DNA from: Lama glama
Lineage: Eukaryota
Direction of reading: 5' to 3'
Length of the DNA: 64,000 nt
Assembly: GCA_028534125.1 (NCBI GenBank)
Contig: CM052816.1
Location: 85,872,001 to 85,936,000, forward strand
The position numbers and the translations under genes are program-made. Positions 38,264 through 51,559 of the stretch are shown piece by piece (position 1 is the first letter of the stretch; each line of letters starts with the position of its first letter). Below the pieces are notes generated by a model, which did not search any database, was not told where the DNA came from, and saw nothing but the letters and a program-made list of their open reading frames with translations.

Positions 38264-39699
38264 AAAAGGAATCCCAGCTCAGCTAGCCAAGGCTGTTTGT
38301 ATTAAAACTCTTTCAATTTTCAGTTCCCTTAGTGAAGTTGAGATGGTGGAGATCCAGAGAATGCCAAAGGAGGCCACTGTTCAACAAAAATTCAAACTAA
38401 AATCCCAAAAGTCAGTGAGTGAAACATGATTAATTAATGTAAAGCAGGATATTTAGAAGGCTGTCCAGAGATATATGTATTGTCTGTACTAGTGAGGTTG
38501 TCCCAAAGATTGTCTATAGTCTCATGGTCAGGAGAGGTCTCTGCAAGCCTACTACCATTGTCATCAAGCAGAACTGTTTTCATTCTATTTCATTTCAATT
38601 AAAAATATTTTTAATGCAGGAAGAAGCGATTTTCTGGGTTCTTGTTAATTTCCAAGGACTAAGATTTGAAGCTAGTAACAATTATATTTTCTATTTGTCA
38701 TATAAAGGAAAAATGGGTCCCAGGAAAGGTTGACTAGAATCAATTAGAGACATTATATGAAATGCTAAACCACCTGACACATATTATTTTTCTTAAATAA
38801 GTAAAAACATATTATACAATTTTACCTTATCCTGCCAAAGAAAAGATCAGTTAAAAGAGTAGAAACCTATATAAACATATATGTATACAAGCCTACATAT
38901 CTAATTTTTGCATGTATGCATGCAAATGCATGTGTTTGTGTATGTAGAGAGAGAGTTTGGGACTCATCAGGGGCAGTAGACAGACACAGTTCTCTAATCT
39001 AGAGAATTAGATTACCATCCTGCTTGTAGTTTTGGATAGCAATAATATATTCATGTTTTAGTAAACAATAAATTGAGAAGATTTGACTAGTTTCCTTAAT
39101 TTTTATAATGATGCCTCATAAAATTCAGCCTTTGTTAAGCTGGAGTCCATGTGCAAAATATCATTGTTCTTTGCAAGAAGGTATTGAAAGTCCTAAGTTG
39201 CTATAAATAGTACTTAACTCCCAAATCATATTGAAATGAAACACTGCTATAGTGAAGACACTATGTCTCAAACAGAATCACAGCAAATTTCTTTTGTTCC
39301 ACTTAAACCAACTGCCTAAGTTCGAAAATATAGGCTCTTCCTTCTTAAACAGAAAGAAAACAGAGGATTGAGGCAATTTCCTGGGTGATTATTACAATTC
39401 AATGCCTCACTTTTCTACAGAGCTCTCTGTCATTTATTCTTATTTAATGCAAGTAGAGATTTTGGAAATGAACATATTTGACTGACAGTAATTTTTTCTA
39501 AAAATTGCTGAAGAAAAGCGAACCTTAAAGAAAAAAGTGTCAATTTCATGAGCCTGGAGCAGAGCTATTGCTTTCTCTGAGGTAACAGCAATACTATCAT
39601 TCAAACAGGGGTATAAATCCAAAAATAATTTTATTCTCCAAATTGCTGATCACTACATTCATTTTATAATGATATTTAGAGATAAATATGTTACATGAG

Positions 39700-40130
39700 A
39701 AATTGTATAAGGTAAGATATATTTATGCACTTTTTTTCAGTAAATTTATAAAATATTATCACATGATATATCATGGTGATACACTGATGGAAAAGCAGAA
39801 GTGTCTGCTCTCTTTGAGTAAGGAAATGAGGGAAAAACAACAATCAAGCTATATATATGTATGTGTTAAATACAATCACAAAATAATAAATGATAAATGC
39901 TGTTATAAACTGATAATGCTGTGATAACCCTATTATAAATAGGTATGATAAATGCTATTGTAAAAATCATATGAAATGATGCAGAAGAAAATGAATGGGG
40001 AAGCTTATCTAAAGAGTGATTTTTAAGGTTAAATCTGAATGAAAATCAGCATTAACTGTGTGAGAATATGAGAATACAGTAAGATAGTTCATAAATCATA
40101 CCAGAAAAACAAAATCATAAGGCACAGAGG
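39700..40130 (-). mobile_element. L2 3' region, decayed
   Basis: cagtaaatttataaaatatt...ggaagcttatctaaagagtgatttttaaggttaaatctgaatgaaaatcagcattaac. Confidence 0.55.
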
Positions 40131-40133
40131 AAT

Positions 40134-40331
40134 GAGGATTGATGAATTTTTCTGTGGAGGGCCAGTAAGTAAATAGTTTAAGCTTTGAGGCTCATGTATG
40201 ATCTTTGTCACATATTATTCTGTTTTCATTTAAAATGCTTTTCAAATCTAAAAACAACTGTCAACTCATTGACTGTATGAAAATAGCCCACAGGTTGGAA
40301 TCACCCACAGGTCATGTTTTGCCTACTCTCA
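40134..40331. mobile_element. MER58-family hAT-Charlie MITE
   Basis: aatttttctgtggagggccagtaagtaaatagtttaagctttgaggctcat resembles MER58 aaactttttctgtaaagggccagatagtaaatattttaggctttgcgggccat. The other end is cacaggtcatgttttgcctactc. Confidence 0.8.
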
Positions 40332-40389
40332 GCATTGTGCTGGGCTCCATGATAAAGTTGAAGGTTCAGTTTAATGTTCCTGAGTGAGG

Positions 40390-40545
40390 CATTATGGAGT
40401 AGCTGAAAGAGTAGATCTTATGCGAGATTGAATTCCACACTGGTAAGTTCTTTAGTTGTGTGGCCTCAAACTTATTAGCATCTTATATCTCTGGACCCAA
40501 TTTCCTTTTTCCATATAAAAAGTTTAAATAAAAAGCAATTCATAA
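40390..40545 (+). mobile_element. MIR fragment
   Basis: attatggagtagctgaaagagtagatc...ttgaattcc...tagttgtgtggcctc...tctctggacccaatttcct. Confidence 0.55.
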
Positions 40546-41344
40546 GTTCCAAGTTAAAAAAAAACAAAAACCAGCAATCATGAAACAGTGATCTAGCGTC
40601 TTGCACATACTTTTGGTTTTCTCTCTCTTTTTTCCAAGGCTCATCTATTTTCTTTATTTATTGGGAATATGACTTTAGGGGCCCAGGTAAGTGTATGTGT
40701 TAAGTGAATAAGCTATATGAAAATAAAAGACTCAAGTTTCTGAGATACAGTCAAGTTAACCTATGTTTCATAGAGAAGATAACTTTGATCTGGAAAGTTT
40801 GGCTTGAAACTAGTAGTAAGAATCACAGTGAAAAAATACTGGAAATACAGAAAACAGATTTTATAATGTGAGCAAACCCTTTAAACTTTAAGAGCCTGAT
40901 TAAAATTTCTGGCTAAATAACTTCTATTTTTGGTTTTCTCTCTTTTTGATTTTGAAAAAAATATCACCTTTCTCCAGCTGTAAAAAAGTCAATAATATAT
41001 ACATGTAATACATTTATTAAAGCACATATATTTTCACTGTACTGTTTAGATATAGAAATATAACTGAGGATTTATGCAAAAGTAAGCAAAGTAGAAAAAT
41101 ACCCATGATTCAGGAGGAAGATTGAAAGAATAAAATGCTCCAACAGAAGAATAATACTGTTACCACAATGTGAACAGCGACATTAGCAAATGAGAGGACA
41201 AATAACAGAGTCCAAAGGAACAAACATGCGCATTAAACTTAAGCTAAAGCTCCCCTGGGCTGGACACCTTGACTGTTTTTTTTGCAAAATAGCACCCTTG
41301 CATCTTCCATGGCTTAATTTTATTGGGGGCAGGGGAAAGGCAAG

Positions 41345-41989
41345 TGTATAAATTACTTTTCTATAGCTGCCATAAAAAATTACCACAAAATTAGTAGCTA
41401 AAACAATACCAGTTTGTGACCTCACAGTGTTTATAAGTCATAAGTCTAGGCACACAACAGCTTAGGTGGTTCCTTAGCTCTTTCGCTCACAAGACCAAAA
41501 TAGAGGTGTTAGCAGGGCCACTTTTCTTACAGGAAGCTGTGAGGAATATTCTGCTTTTAAGCTAATTTAGATTGTTGGCAGGATGCAATTCCATGGGGTT
41601 GTAGGACTGAAGCTCCTATTTCCTTGCAGACGATCAGCTGGAGACCATTTTTACTTCTGAGAAGCCTCTCTTAGGACCTTGCATGTGGCCCCCTCTATCT
41701 CAGAGCCACCAACCAACCTCTAGGCCTTCTTGCTTTTCAGTCTCTATTCTGCCTCCTCTTCATTCTGTGTCTTCTTGACTCTCTATTCTGCCTATTTCTT
41801 CTGTTTGTAAGGGCTCAAGTTATTACTCTGGGCCCACTGGGATAATCCAGAACATTATCCCCATTTTAAGGTTCTTAATTTTAGTCAGATCTGCAAAGTC
41901 ACTTTTGCCAAATAAGGCAACTTATTCACAGGTTCTGAGCATTAACACATGTAAACTTTGGGGTGAGCCATTATTTTAATACTACTATA
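41345..41989 (-). mobile_element. MaLR solo LTR (MLT1E-like)
   Basis: tgtataaattactttctatagctgccataaaaaattaccacaaaattagtagctaaaacaa ... gatctgcaaagtcacttttgcc...ttcacaggttctgagcattaacac...gccattatt. caag flanks both ends (41341-41344 and 41990-41993). Confidence 0.9.
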
Positions 41990-43739
41990 CAAGCATATGT
42001 ATATGAACATATATATTTGTGTACGTTGCATGCATGTATATCAGACTCCAGATAAATATAGATAGTTTTAATAGTTATAAACAGAGTTGGGTGTAGAATT
42101 GATGGCAATTTTTAGAAGAATCCATGATATTCTCAGATGACTTCTGTTAATGCCATGCATTACAATACAGGTTATTGAAGGGTAAAAGAAATCATTGGAG
42201 AGGCAAATTTCCATAATGGTTTATAACCAGACATGACAGTAGCAAGGATATTTTCCACAGGTGACTGAAAAAGAAACAATTATCAAAAGCTACCAACATG
42301 AACTTCAGAGATTAGATTAGATAAACTTTAACTCAAAACTGAAATTTATATGGTGTTTTAATTAATTTTAATTGAAGTGATAACCAGGAAGTGAGGATTG
42401 TGTATTATGTGTAAAAAAGTGGCAAGGTGTAATATATGTCTGAATGTCGGATTTACATGTGCATAATGCTTCATATACCTTTTATTCCACAGTCCTGCCT
42501 CACCATGGTTATAGGAAACCTATACAGAGGTATTACTATAGTGAAAACAGCTTGCTACCTTCAAGTATGGTTACTAATGAAAGAGTGTGCTTCTCAGATT
42601 TTGGGATTTCAACTACATATTATTGTCAGAACCATCTCTGTTGATATGACTTTCATGATGAGTTGCATGTTCACTAAAAGACTGATAGATAAATCAAACT
42701 GACAGTTTATAGATTTACAAAAGCAGAAGTTAGTACCTCATTTTTTTATGTGAGTATCTATGTTTTCAGTCCAAACTGATAGCAACTGCCTTAACTGATA
42801 TCAACATATACCAGAAACACAAATATTGAAATCCCTTCAATATAATAAGGTCTGTTTGCTGTTAAAACAAATGCATAACATTTCTTTCAGGGACAAAATA
42901 ATTATAAATACTGCAGTTATTGTTTCTGATATTTCTACTCTCCATGAAGGGAGTTAAGCACCTCTTGTTTGAAGTTTTTCCTTCAAAATTCAGTATGAAT
43001 GTAATTTGTTAGGTTACAAAATCACACAAGATAAAGCTATTTCTTCCAGTTACTACAGATATTCATGGACAAAAGCACATCTAGAGCTAATATAACTCAT
43101 TTGAATTTGAATAATCTACTCTATGACTAATAAGAAAGAGCCTAATGAGTTTTTACCTGGAGAAAGTGATTTGTAGCTTGGAATTAGATATTTCAATAAA
43201 GAAGAGCTTGGGTAGGAGAGGTTTGAGGAACACAGATAGAGAGCATGTTACTCATTGTTGTGTTTTGCTTTCTTTGTCTCTTCTCATTTCTTCCAGCTCT
43301 TCTGTTGCTTCTGACACTTAATGACAATGACTTGATTCTTTGAAAAACTGTACTGGGGAGAAAGATTAGTAGACATGGTGTTTGTTTGTTTTTTTAATTA
43401 TAGATTTGAGGGAAAAAGGCAGAGACATATTAATGAAACAGTCCCTTTATATAAATATGTCAGTATCAATGACTGGATTCATGTATACATAATCCAATTT
43501 AAAATGCTTATGCAAACAATAATAGGTATTTCAGTGTATTGAGGTTTCATTATGTTCAGATTATCAATGATGAGTTGTATTCAAAAGCTCATTTTGGCTG
43601 CTAAAATTCACTTATATTTTAACTGTAGATATAATACCTATGATATACAGATTTGTTCTCTATCTAAATATAGACAAAACTCAGAGAAAATAGTCCCACC
43701 AAAAAGATAATGTATCAAAGAAACTATAACAATTAAGAA

Positions 43740-46700
43740 AATATATAAAAGAAGTAGAAGAACAGAATGCAAACTGACTATAGTTATACAGGAGAGTTAT
43801 TAAATCGGATTTTTCTGTGTGTGTGTGTATGTCCATTTATGTGGAGTGATATAGGACTTCATCTTTGAAGATGATGATATTCTATTTACCATGCCTTTTT
43901 AAGGCAGTGATTGTTGTACTTGAACATTTACAGTTGACCTTTTTCCCTACCTTAGCAACAGCTAGAATGTGGCAACAGCTCTACTAGCAATATGATAAGC
44001 ACTATTTTGCTTTCATTAGTTGCTTAAAGTGACCAAAGAGTGGCCATGGTTTTAAGATTAGTGAGATTCCTACTGTGTGTCCAGTTTAGGAACTAAGATT
44101 CCTAGTTCAGAAAAATGTAAATTTGCAGAAAGTTGAAGCACAAATTCACCATGGACAGTTGGAAGTAATTGTGAGTGGGTTCCCCTCCTTGCTTTCTATA
44201 CCTTACCTCTTCAAGATACGGCCCTTCTGCTCAATCAGGTTGCAGCTTCTGGATGGTGAACTATGTACGAGATCCTGTGGTCGTTCTCCCGCCTGTGCCT
44301 ATAGCTTGCCGTAAAGAGGGATCCTTGTCCTGAGAAAATGACATAAGGGATTCAATGTGAATGGGTAAATATTCTGTGAGCCCTCAGAGATACTGATGTT
44401 GCCTGAGCATGAAAGTCCACCCCACACCCAGAAAATGTGTCACTCCATGTCAGGATGAAACATTGTCTTTTATGAAAATGGAATGAGTGCAGTATAAACA
44501 ACTTGCAACTAAGTGCATAATTTTTCCTTCCAGGATTGGGACTACAATGGAAGCTTATATTACCTCTTCAGGCAAGTCTAGGATTTATTTAGTAGCAGTA
44601 CATGTTAGATCGTTGTACCAAGTGAAATTCATGCTCTTGGGCTCTTGCCTAGCTCTTAGTTCTGCCACAATAGCAAAAGTACTAGAGTCGTTACGGACAG
44701 GGGCTGACTGACAGCTGCTGTCTGTATTAGCCTCTCCAGTTGGTCAATAGTGATTTTTCTGCAATAGAAGTCCATTGGTGGGAATTAACATGTAATATCT
44801 TCACAACTGGTGCCCACTCCCATAAGTTCATCCACATCTCTACCAGATAACTTCTTGTCCTTGATCTTCCAATTTATTCCTCAGGTCTCTTTAAAAAAAA
44901 AAAAAAAAAGCTAAGTCATTCGCTGCTGTTAATGAGCCCAGGTGTTTCTTTAACCCAAGAACATTTCTTTCTCCACACAAATTAAATGACTAGCACATTG
45001 CTTGAGAGTCTGTCTCATCCCTGTCTTTTATTTAGCATTATCACCAGTCACTGACAACTCAAACCAACATACATGGTGACACACCTATGACCCAAATTCT
45101 GTTTTCCCCCCTTCATCATTTGTTCATATGGAACACCCCAATATTACCATTTGTGTGAGCTGAGGGAATGATATAAGCATAGAAAATATGGGTAAAATAG
45201 AATTCTTGATCACATGTTCATGCAGCTAGTTTATGCCCTCTACTACTGCTCAGATGAATCGTAGATATATCATTTTCAACTTAAGTTGGATGGCTGCTGG
45301 TCTCAACAAGCTTATGATCTTTGATCGTAACTGTCTAACATTTGATGTTTCATGGTCAATTACTCTAGCTCTACCAGGGCCTAGTAGCATGCCAGGAACT
45401 ATAATTTCAAATGGACTATAATTCTCAGCTACATATGGCAATGTAAGTATCCAGATCCCTATTCTGGAGACAGTAAATTACATTATCATCTCCCCCTAGA
45501 TACGTCTAATACCCAGGTGGTTTACTGAGTCATATGACCCAATGTGGCAGTACTGCCTGTCCTGCACATTGTACCCATTTCACGATCCATTATTGTTCTG
45601 GGATCAATTAAAAAACAGAAGCCTTCCTTCTCACCCATTACATGGGTTAGAACTGTATCCACAACTTGAAAAAATACTACTTCCAAGATGTAGTATTCTT
45701 AGTGGTAGAGTTGGAGAGGTGCAAATACTTGTCTTTTCTTTGTATAAGATGTCCTGGCCTGTCCCAAATCATTGAGTACCTAAAATCTTCACCAGTGTAA
45801 CAATACCTCTACTTATTTGATGTTTATGTCTCAGTAAAGAATTCAGAATGCTTGCTACTTATTGCTACAGATACAATTTAATTGATATCGTAAATATAAT
45901 GAGTCAGTATGACATTCTCCAAATGTTTTCTTTGGACGATAGAGTATCAGCATGTAGACTTAAACAGATTTGTGCCAAGACATGAATGCATACTGATCGT
46001 CATACTATGTGAATTGAAGCTGATTATCTTCTTTAGTGATAGTTACTGAAAGTACTAAATCACATTTGCCAGACTGATAGCTATAACTCTTACCAACACT
46101 ACGTTATTCTATTAAATATTTTAGTAAAACTTTTACAGTCGTCACTCAAATTTAGTTACGTTTTTGCTAGTCTACTCTCATTGTCATGATTTATCCATTT
46201 TCCCAAGGGTTCTAGGTTCAAATAAAATGAGAGAAGAATGAGGAATATTGCCTTTATATTTTCTTAAGTTTTTGAGAGAGGCACTAATCTGCCATTTCTC
46301 TCTGGCCTGATATCAGTTTTGATTAACTATCTTGATTGGGGGTTGCAGGAAGTTTTCAGGATTTCCATTTGTTCTTTTTTCACTATAATAATTATTGTTC
46401 TATGTAGGTCAAAGATCCAAGTTCTAAATATATTAAATTCAATAATTTATTTGAAAAATGGGAAAATGGTCACCAGTTTTGGCAATAAAATCAGTGTGGA
46501 TTTACTGTGAAATTGACCAGGTCAACACTCAACTTTTATATCTAAATACCACATGCTATTCTGCTTTAAACAATGCTTTTGGTCCTTGGGTGTCAATGTT
46601 AGTGTGGACCTTGAATCTAATATCCCTGGAAATATGGGTTATTTCCTTTTAATTAGGGGAAATACTTATGTAAATGGCTATAGCTACCTTTGGGGAAGGG

Positions 46701-47850
46701 CAGAGTAATTACTACTGAATCCATTTATTATGTGATTTCATAGTCCTTCTTCATGAGAACCCATCCCTAGCTTCAGCAGATGAGTACTAAGTCTGAGTAC
46801 TAAGTGAATGCTGGAAACTGAAGGGTGAATCACAGCTTTCCATTGGAGTGATTGTCTTTAGCCTTCCATTCATATATTGTAGATCTGTTTTGTTCATATA
46901 TATATTAAGCAACTCCCTTGTTTGCTGCCCATCTGTTTTGTCTCTTAGAAGTCTATTTTCTATTAAGCGCTTCCATAGATACCCAAGGAGAAGATCACTC
47001 TTTGGTAACCATTTTAACCAGCTGTTGATTATGATTATTAATTAAATCAATCTTATTGCTGCCTTTGGCCTCTGCTATGTCAGCTTCCTATCATCTCTTT
47101 TGCTACTGAGGATTCCAATTCTATATCTTTTCTTCTGTAAGCCCTGGTCTGTAGAGATAAGCCACTACTAACCTCAATGTTATTCATTTCCCTGCTGTAT
47201 CATTTGAGACTTTTGCATAGTCTTCAAGCAAGGAAAATAGGGGGCATTCTCATTTAACAGGAAATAATGGGCTAGTCGTACATATGTACAGGCTTTAGGA
47301 GATGCTAGGTCTTCATGTTTCTCAGTCATCTGCTTTGACATGCTTCAAAGCCTTACTCCTTCTCCGACAGGGCCCAGACATTGGCACAATAGACTTGCTA
47401 AGCCAAAGATGGAAACCTGCTCACAACTGGGACTTGAGTCTAGTGCTCAGCTTGACTAGCTCTCCCACACAGTAGATGAAGATTTTTTGCTGAAAAGAAA
47501 GAGTTCTAGATGCTAAATTTTTCTTCATATACATGATGGATTCCCTTGAGCCTAACACTTTTTCCTTCCAAAATATTATTGGCCCTCAGTAACAAGTTAC
47601 TTAATTTTATCATCCAATAATTGCTATTCCCCTCTATCTCAAACTCTAGCAATATTGTATGAGTCAGTACATTCCTCTTTGTATATCTTATCTTAACTCA
47701 ATACAGGTGCAAATCCTAACTTTTGTACAGTACAGCATGCAAGGGAATATCAATATTCAACTTACCTTAGTGTCTTCAGTTCCATCTAGGTGATGAATGA
47801 GCCTAATCCATAAACCTGTCTTTAAAGTTTCCTTCCTGGATCAGATCAAA
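43740..47850 (-). mobile_element. Decayed ERVL internal region (HERV16/ERV3-16A3-like): gag-pro-pol-dUTPase remnants
   Basis: My minus-strand translations: GILDSRSTLTLTP (~46580-46626) resembles ERVL protease GLLDTGSELTLIP, and NVILTHYIYDI (YIYD at 45887-45898) resembles RT ITLVHYIDDI. RNase H-like tract ~44915-45005, dUTPase-like tract ~44000-44110, gag-like tract ~47000-47200. Many stops and frameshifts. Confidence 0.88.
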
Positions 47851-47940
47851 GTCAAATTTGACTTACCACTTATACTCATTTCTCAAAACTAAATGATCAG
47901 CTAATCCTGTAAGCTGTACCTTTAAAATATATTCAAAATC

Positions 47941-48387
47941 TACCTTAGGTAGTCCTTTCTAGAAAGAAAACCTGAGATACAAGTCTGATGCTCAAGTGTT
48001 TTGATGGAGTGCTCTTCTGGAAGAAACCTGTAAAGAACTGAGGTGAACAGAATAATAAAGGAGAAAGAGCCAAGCTATGATTGAGTGCTAGGTAAATCCA
48101 GACTTGACTTGATCCATAAGGGAATCTGAATTGAAAATTGCACTGCAGAATTGTGGTTTCTTGAGACAAAATGTCCAGGCTTTTGTACCCACATATTTGT
48201 TGGCCTATGACTCACTCTAAGGGTTCTGTCAGGTGTCTTATCAGATGGCTTTTGATAAGAGTGAGTCATAGGCCAACAAATTCTCTGCATAAGTTTATGA
48301 GTTTACTTGTATCTTCAGCTTGCAAATAAATGATTATACCTATAGGCAAAGGAAATGTGGATAGTACATCATGAATGTCTACTACAG
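47941..48387 (-). mobile_element. ERVL LTR (LTR16-like), possibly the 5' LTR of the adjacent interior
   Basis: ccttaggtagtcctttctagaaagaaaacctgagatacaagtctgatgctcaagtgttttgatggagtgctcttctggaag ... atgtctactaca. Confidence 0.65.
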
Positions 48388-48699
48388 TCATCAAAATGAA
48401 GCAAGCTGATGATAAATAGTCTATAAAATATTTCACTAATTATATCTGCATAGCCCTTTTTAATTTGTTTATGGAATCTTAATACAGCTCTTTATTTTAC
48501 AGCTCTCTTAAAAGATTCAAATCTTTCTTTTTTTCCCACATCTCCTTCACTCTCCTTGCCTTTTCTACATTTTTTTCTCTCGCTGCTTTCCTTCCAAAAT
48601 CATAAAATGATAAAGTCAGAGCCTTGGGGAAACCTACAACTAAAAGTTATCCATTTCTACTACTTAGGCATGAAACAATAGCTGACTTTGGAGCTAGAC

Positions 48700-49335
48700 A
48701 AAAATAATTGCCTTACAATTAGTACTTGTGATATTCTCTAGCTTTCCAGTCAGTTTCTTTGCTCTTTTCCATGTAATTTTATTAAAGCTATTCTATAGCT
48801 TTGAATATCATATATGTCCTAAAATTCCAAGTTTGATATTCCACCTCACATTATTTCTAGTATTCCAGGTACTTATATTTAACCTGGATGAAAACCCACA
48901 CTTGGACATGAAAGGAAATTTCAAAACCTACTCTTTACCTCCCTTCCCCACACACTTGCTACTCATACTGCATTTCCTAAATCAGTAAATTTCAGTTTCC
49001 TTTTTCCAGGTTCTCAGCTCAAAATTTTGGAGTCATCATAATCTTTTTCTGTCATCTCCTAATTGCCAATCCATTAACAAATATCATTAATTCTACTTTC
49101 AAGCAGTATCCAGAATAAGAATATTTCTCCCTGTTTTCACAGAGATTCAAGTCTTGATCATCTGTCTTCTGGAATAAACTATAATCTCTCAATTGATCTT
49201 CCTGCTTCTATACTCATCTCCCTCTCACTTTACTATTCTAAGCACAGCAGACAATGAGATCTTTTAATGCTGTCAGTCATATTGTGTCACTCCTCACTAG
49301 GCCAAAATCAATTCCTATGTCCTTAAGAGTGTAAC
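48700..49335 (+). mobile_element. L2 ORF2 3' region
   Basis: tttccaggttctcagctcaaaattttggagtcatc...aatccattaacaaatatcattaattctactttcaagcagtatccagaat...gatcttcctgcttctatactc. Confidence 0.85.
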
Positions 49336-50619
49336 AAAAACCCATTTTCATTGATAGATTTTTGTAGTAGAAATTAAGTGTGATTAACAGAAAAGAAACC
49401 TAGCTTCATGATTTTTCTACCAGTTACAGTCCACTTCTTCAGGGCCTCGATTTACTTATCTCAAAATGTGGAACATGGAATTTATAGTCTTATAAAGTGA
49501 CCAGATGGAATTTATAAAACATGCAACCCAAGATCAACATTGAGATCACCTTTTTGAAAAATACCAGCAATTAAATTGTCACATTGAGGCCATTAAAATT
49601 TTTTTTATAGAAAAGATGATAAAACCAATAAAATAATTGGCCTTTTATCATATGTTTTTCCTATTAGCTTTATTCCCTTTATCAAACTGAAGTCACTATT
49701 ATGGATTTTTAAGTTTACTTTATACCATGTAAATGCCTTCCCATACAAATACCATATAATTAGTAGCCTATAACCTTTCTCTCCCAGAATTTGTTTATTA
49801 TTAATAACTAACAATTTTTACAGTTTCAAAACATTTCCAAAAAAACTGACTGTTAGAAACCTGCACAAACGCAGAGTGTTCATAATTAATGTATGTTCAA
49901 ATGTTAACTTACAAACTTTGTCTGAATCTGGAGCCTGCAACCTTAATTGCAATGCTGTGCTGCCTTTCAGAAACTGAAATGATAATTGCCATTGTGATGA
50001 TAATGATTAACTTGTCTCTATTTCTCTTATTTCATGTAGGAAAATCACCAGACTTTCCATTCTTGGCCTGATATTTACAAAATTGGCATGCTTAGAGAAA
50101 ACCAGCCATTCCTGATGGGTGTGACAAATTCCTCTGAAGGGAACTTCTGGATCCCACTCTGGTAAGGTATTTTCAAATGCAAGTAATATTGAACTCAAGT
50201 TTAACAATTTATTCAGTTAAAATATATACTCTAAAAAATAACATGGTCAAAGGTTGGCACCAAGCATTGTACATACTGAGGTCAGGGCCAATTTCTTTGT
50301 TACTATTAGCCCTGCTTGTAACTCTGCACAGCCTTCTTTAGAATCCTCATTTTATCTTCAGACAACATCCCTCATTATCACAACAAATCTACCAGCGTCT
50401 CAGCATCTGAGGTCACACACTTAATCCTTTCCAGCTGTGAGAGACTGAGGAAGTCACCTCCCTATTAAGGGAATGCAGTATTTTCTTTCCATTTAAACAG
50501 GTCAGTAGTACCTAGATCAGTAACAGTCATCAGGAGAATGCTACTTGAGATTTTGTTGAAGTGTGCACCCTGAAACAGGTACTTGGAGGAGGTGAGTGAG
50601 TGGAGACTTCTATGTCAGT

Positions 50620-50910
50620 CACTCTTTCATTTATGCAATATGAATTTATTTAGACCTTCCTGCATGGTAAGGAATGTTGTACATGCTAGATATACAACAT
50701 TGATTAAAATTAACATATCCATGCCATCAAAGAACTTATGCTTTAATAAAGAGGACAGAAAAGTTAAAAATGCATATTTAATATATGATATGGAGTATGA
50801 AATTTATTATTATGTGATATGTACAAAACAGAATGAAATGTGTTTCAAACACCCACGAAAAGTAAAACAGGATAAGGTGCTTAGAAACTGACTTCTGAGC
50901 ATAGATTTGA
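50620..50910 (-). mobile_element. L2 3' end
   Basis: ttcatttatgcaatatgaatttatttagaccttcctgcatgg...tgctagatatacaac...atgccatcaaagaacttatg. Confidence 0.65.
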
Positions 50911-51364
50911 ATTAATTATTTTTTACACTAATTAACTATCTTCCTTAATTCATATAGAAATATTGAGTCAAAGGAATAAAACAAATTTTGAAAATAAAGA
51001 AATGCAAATTGTGGAAAAAGGTGTTCTGCTAGATATTAGTGCTTATTTTGCAGTTATGAAAGATAGGTTTGTAACTGCTATCTTGGCTGAGCAAGGAGAG
51101 AGAATACAGAAATTCATTTATAATATAAAAAATTCCATTTTAGTAGTACAGATGAGTAGGAGGAATACTTGGGGAATAGCACAATGAATAGTGCTTGGGG
51201 AAATGGTTATCTGTGAAAAAACAGAGAACTTTCATATTCATATAATATTTAATTATATATACATTTCAATTTCATATTCATGTATTTCATGTTATAAATA
51301 AACATAAATTTCCTTTTGATTAAGTATTTAAATGAAAAAATGACAGTTTTATTTTATCATTTTA

Positions 51365-51500
51365 AAATATATTTTATTTTATTTTTAATTGAGGTATAAT
51401 TGAGATATTACATTATATTAGTTTCACGTGCATGAAATAATGCTTCACATTTGTATATATTGTGAAATCAGTACAATAAATTTAGTTAGCATTCATTAAC
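51365..51500 (-). mobile_element. L1 extreme 3' end (laurasiatherian-type)
   Basis: ttttattttatttttaattgaggtataattgagatattacattatattagtttcacgtgcatgaaataatg...tttgtatatattgtgaaat. Confidence 0.85.
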
Positions 51501-51559
51501 ACTTTTCAATTTTAGAAAAAATAATGTATCTGAATTTCTTGTTTTATTTTTGGATCACA

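Noticed and set aside
38207..38280. Repeat-spacer-repeat pattern as a CRISPR-like array
   Set aside because: There are only two imperfect 17-bp repeats in a mammalian context, and they are fully explained as a retrotransposition TSD.
38224..38300. Functional tRNA-Phe gene
   Set aside because: Only the 5' half is present. There is no T-arm, B box or 3' acceptor strand, and the anticodon position reads AAA at the TSD junction.
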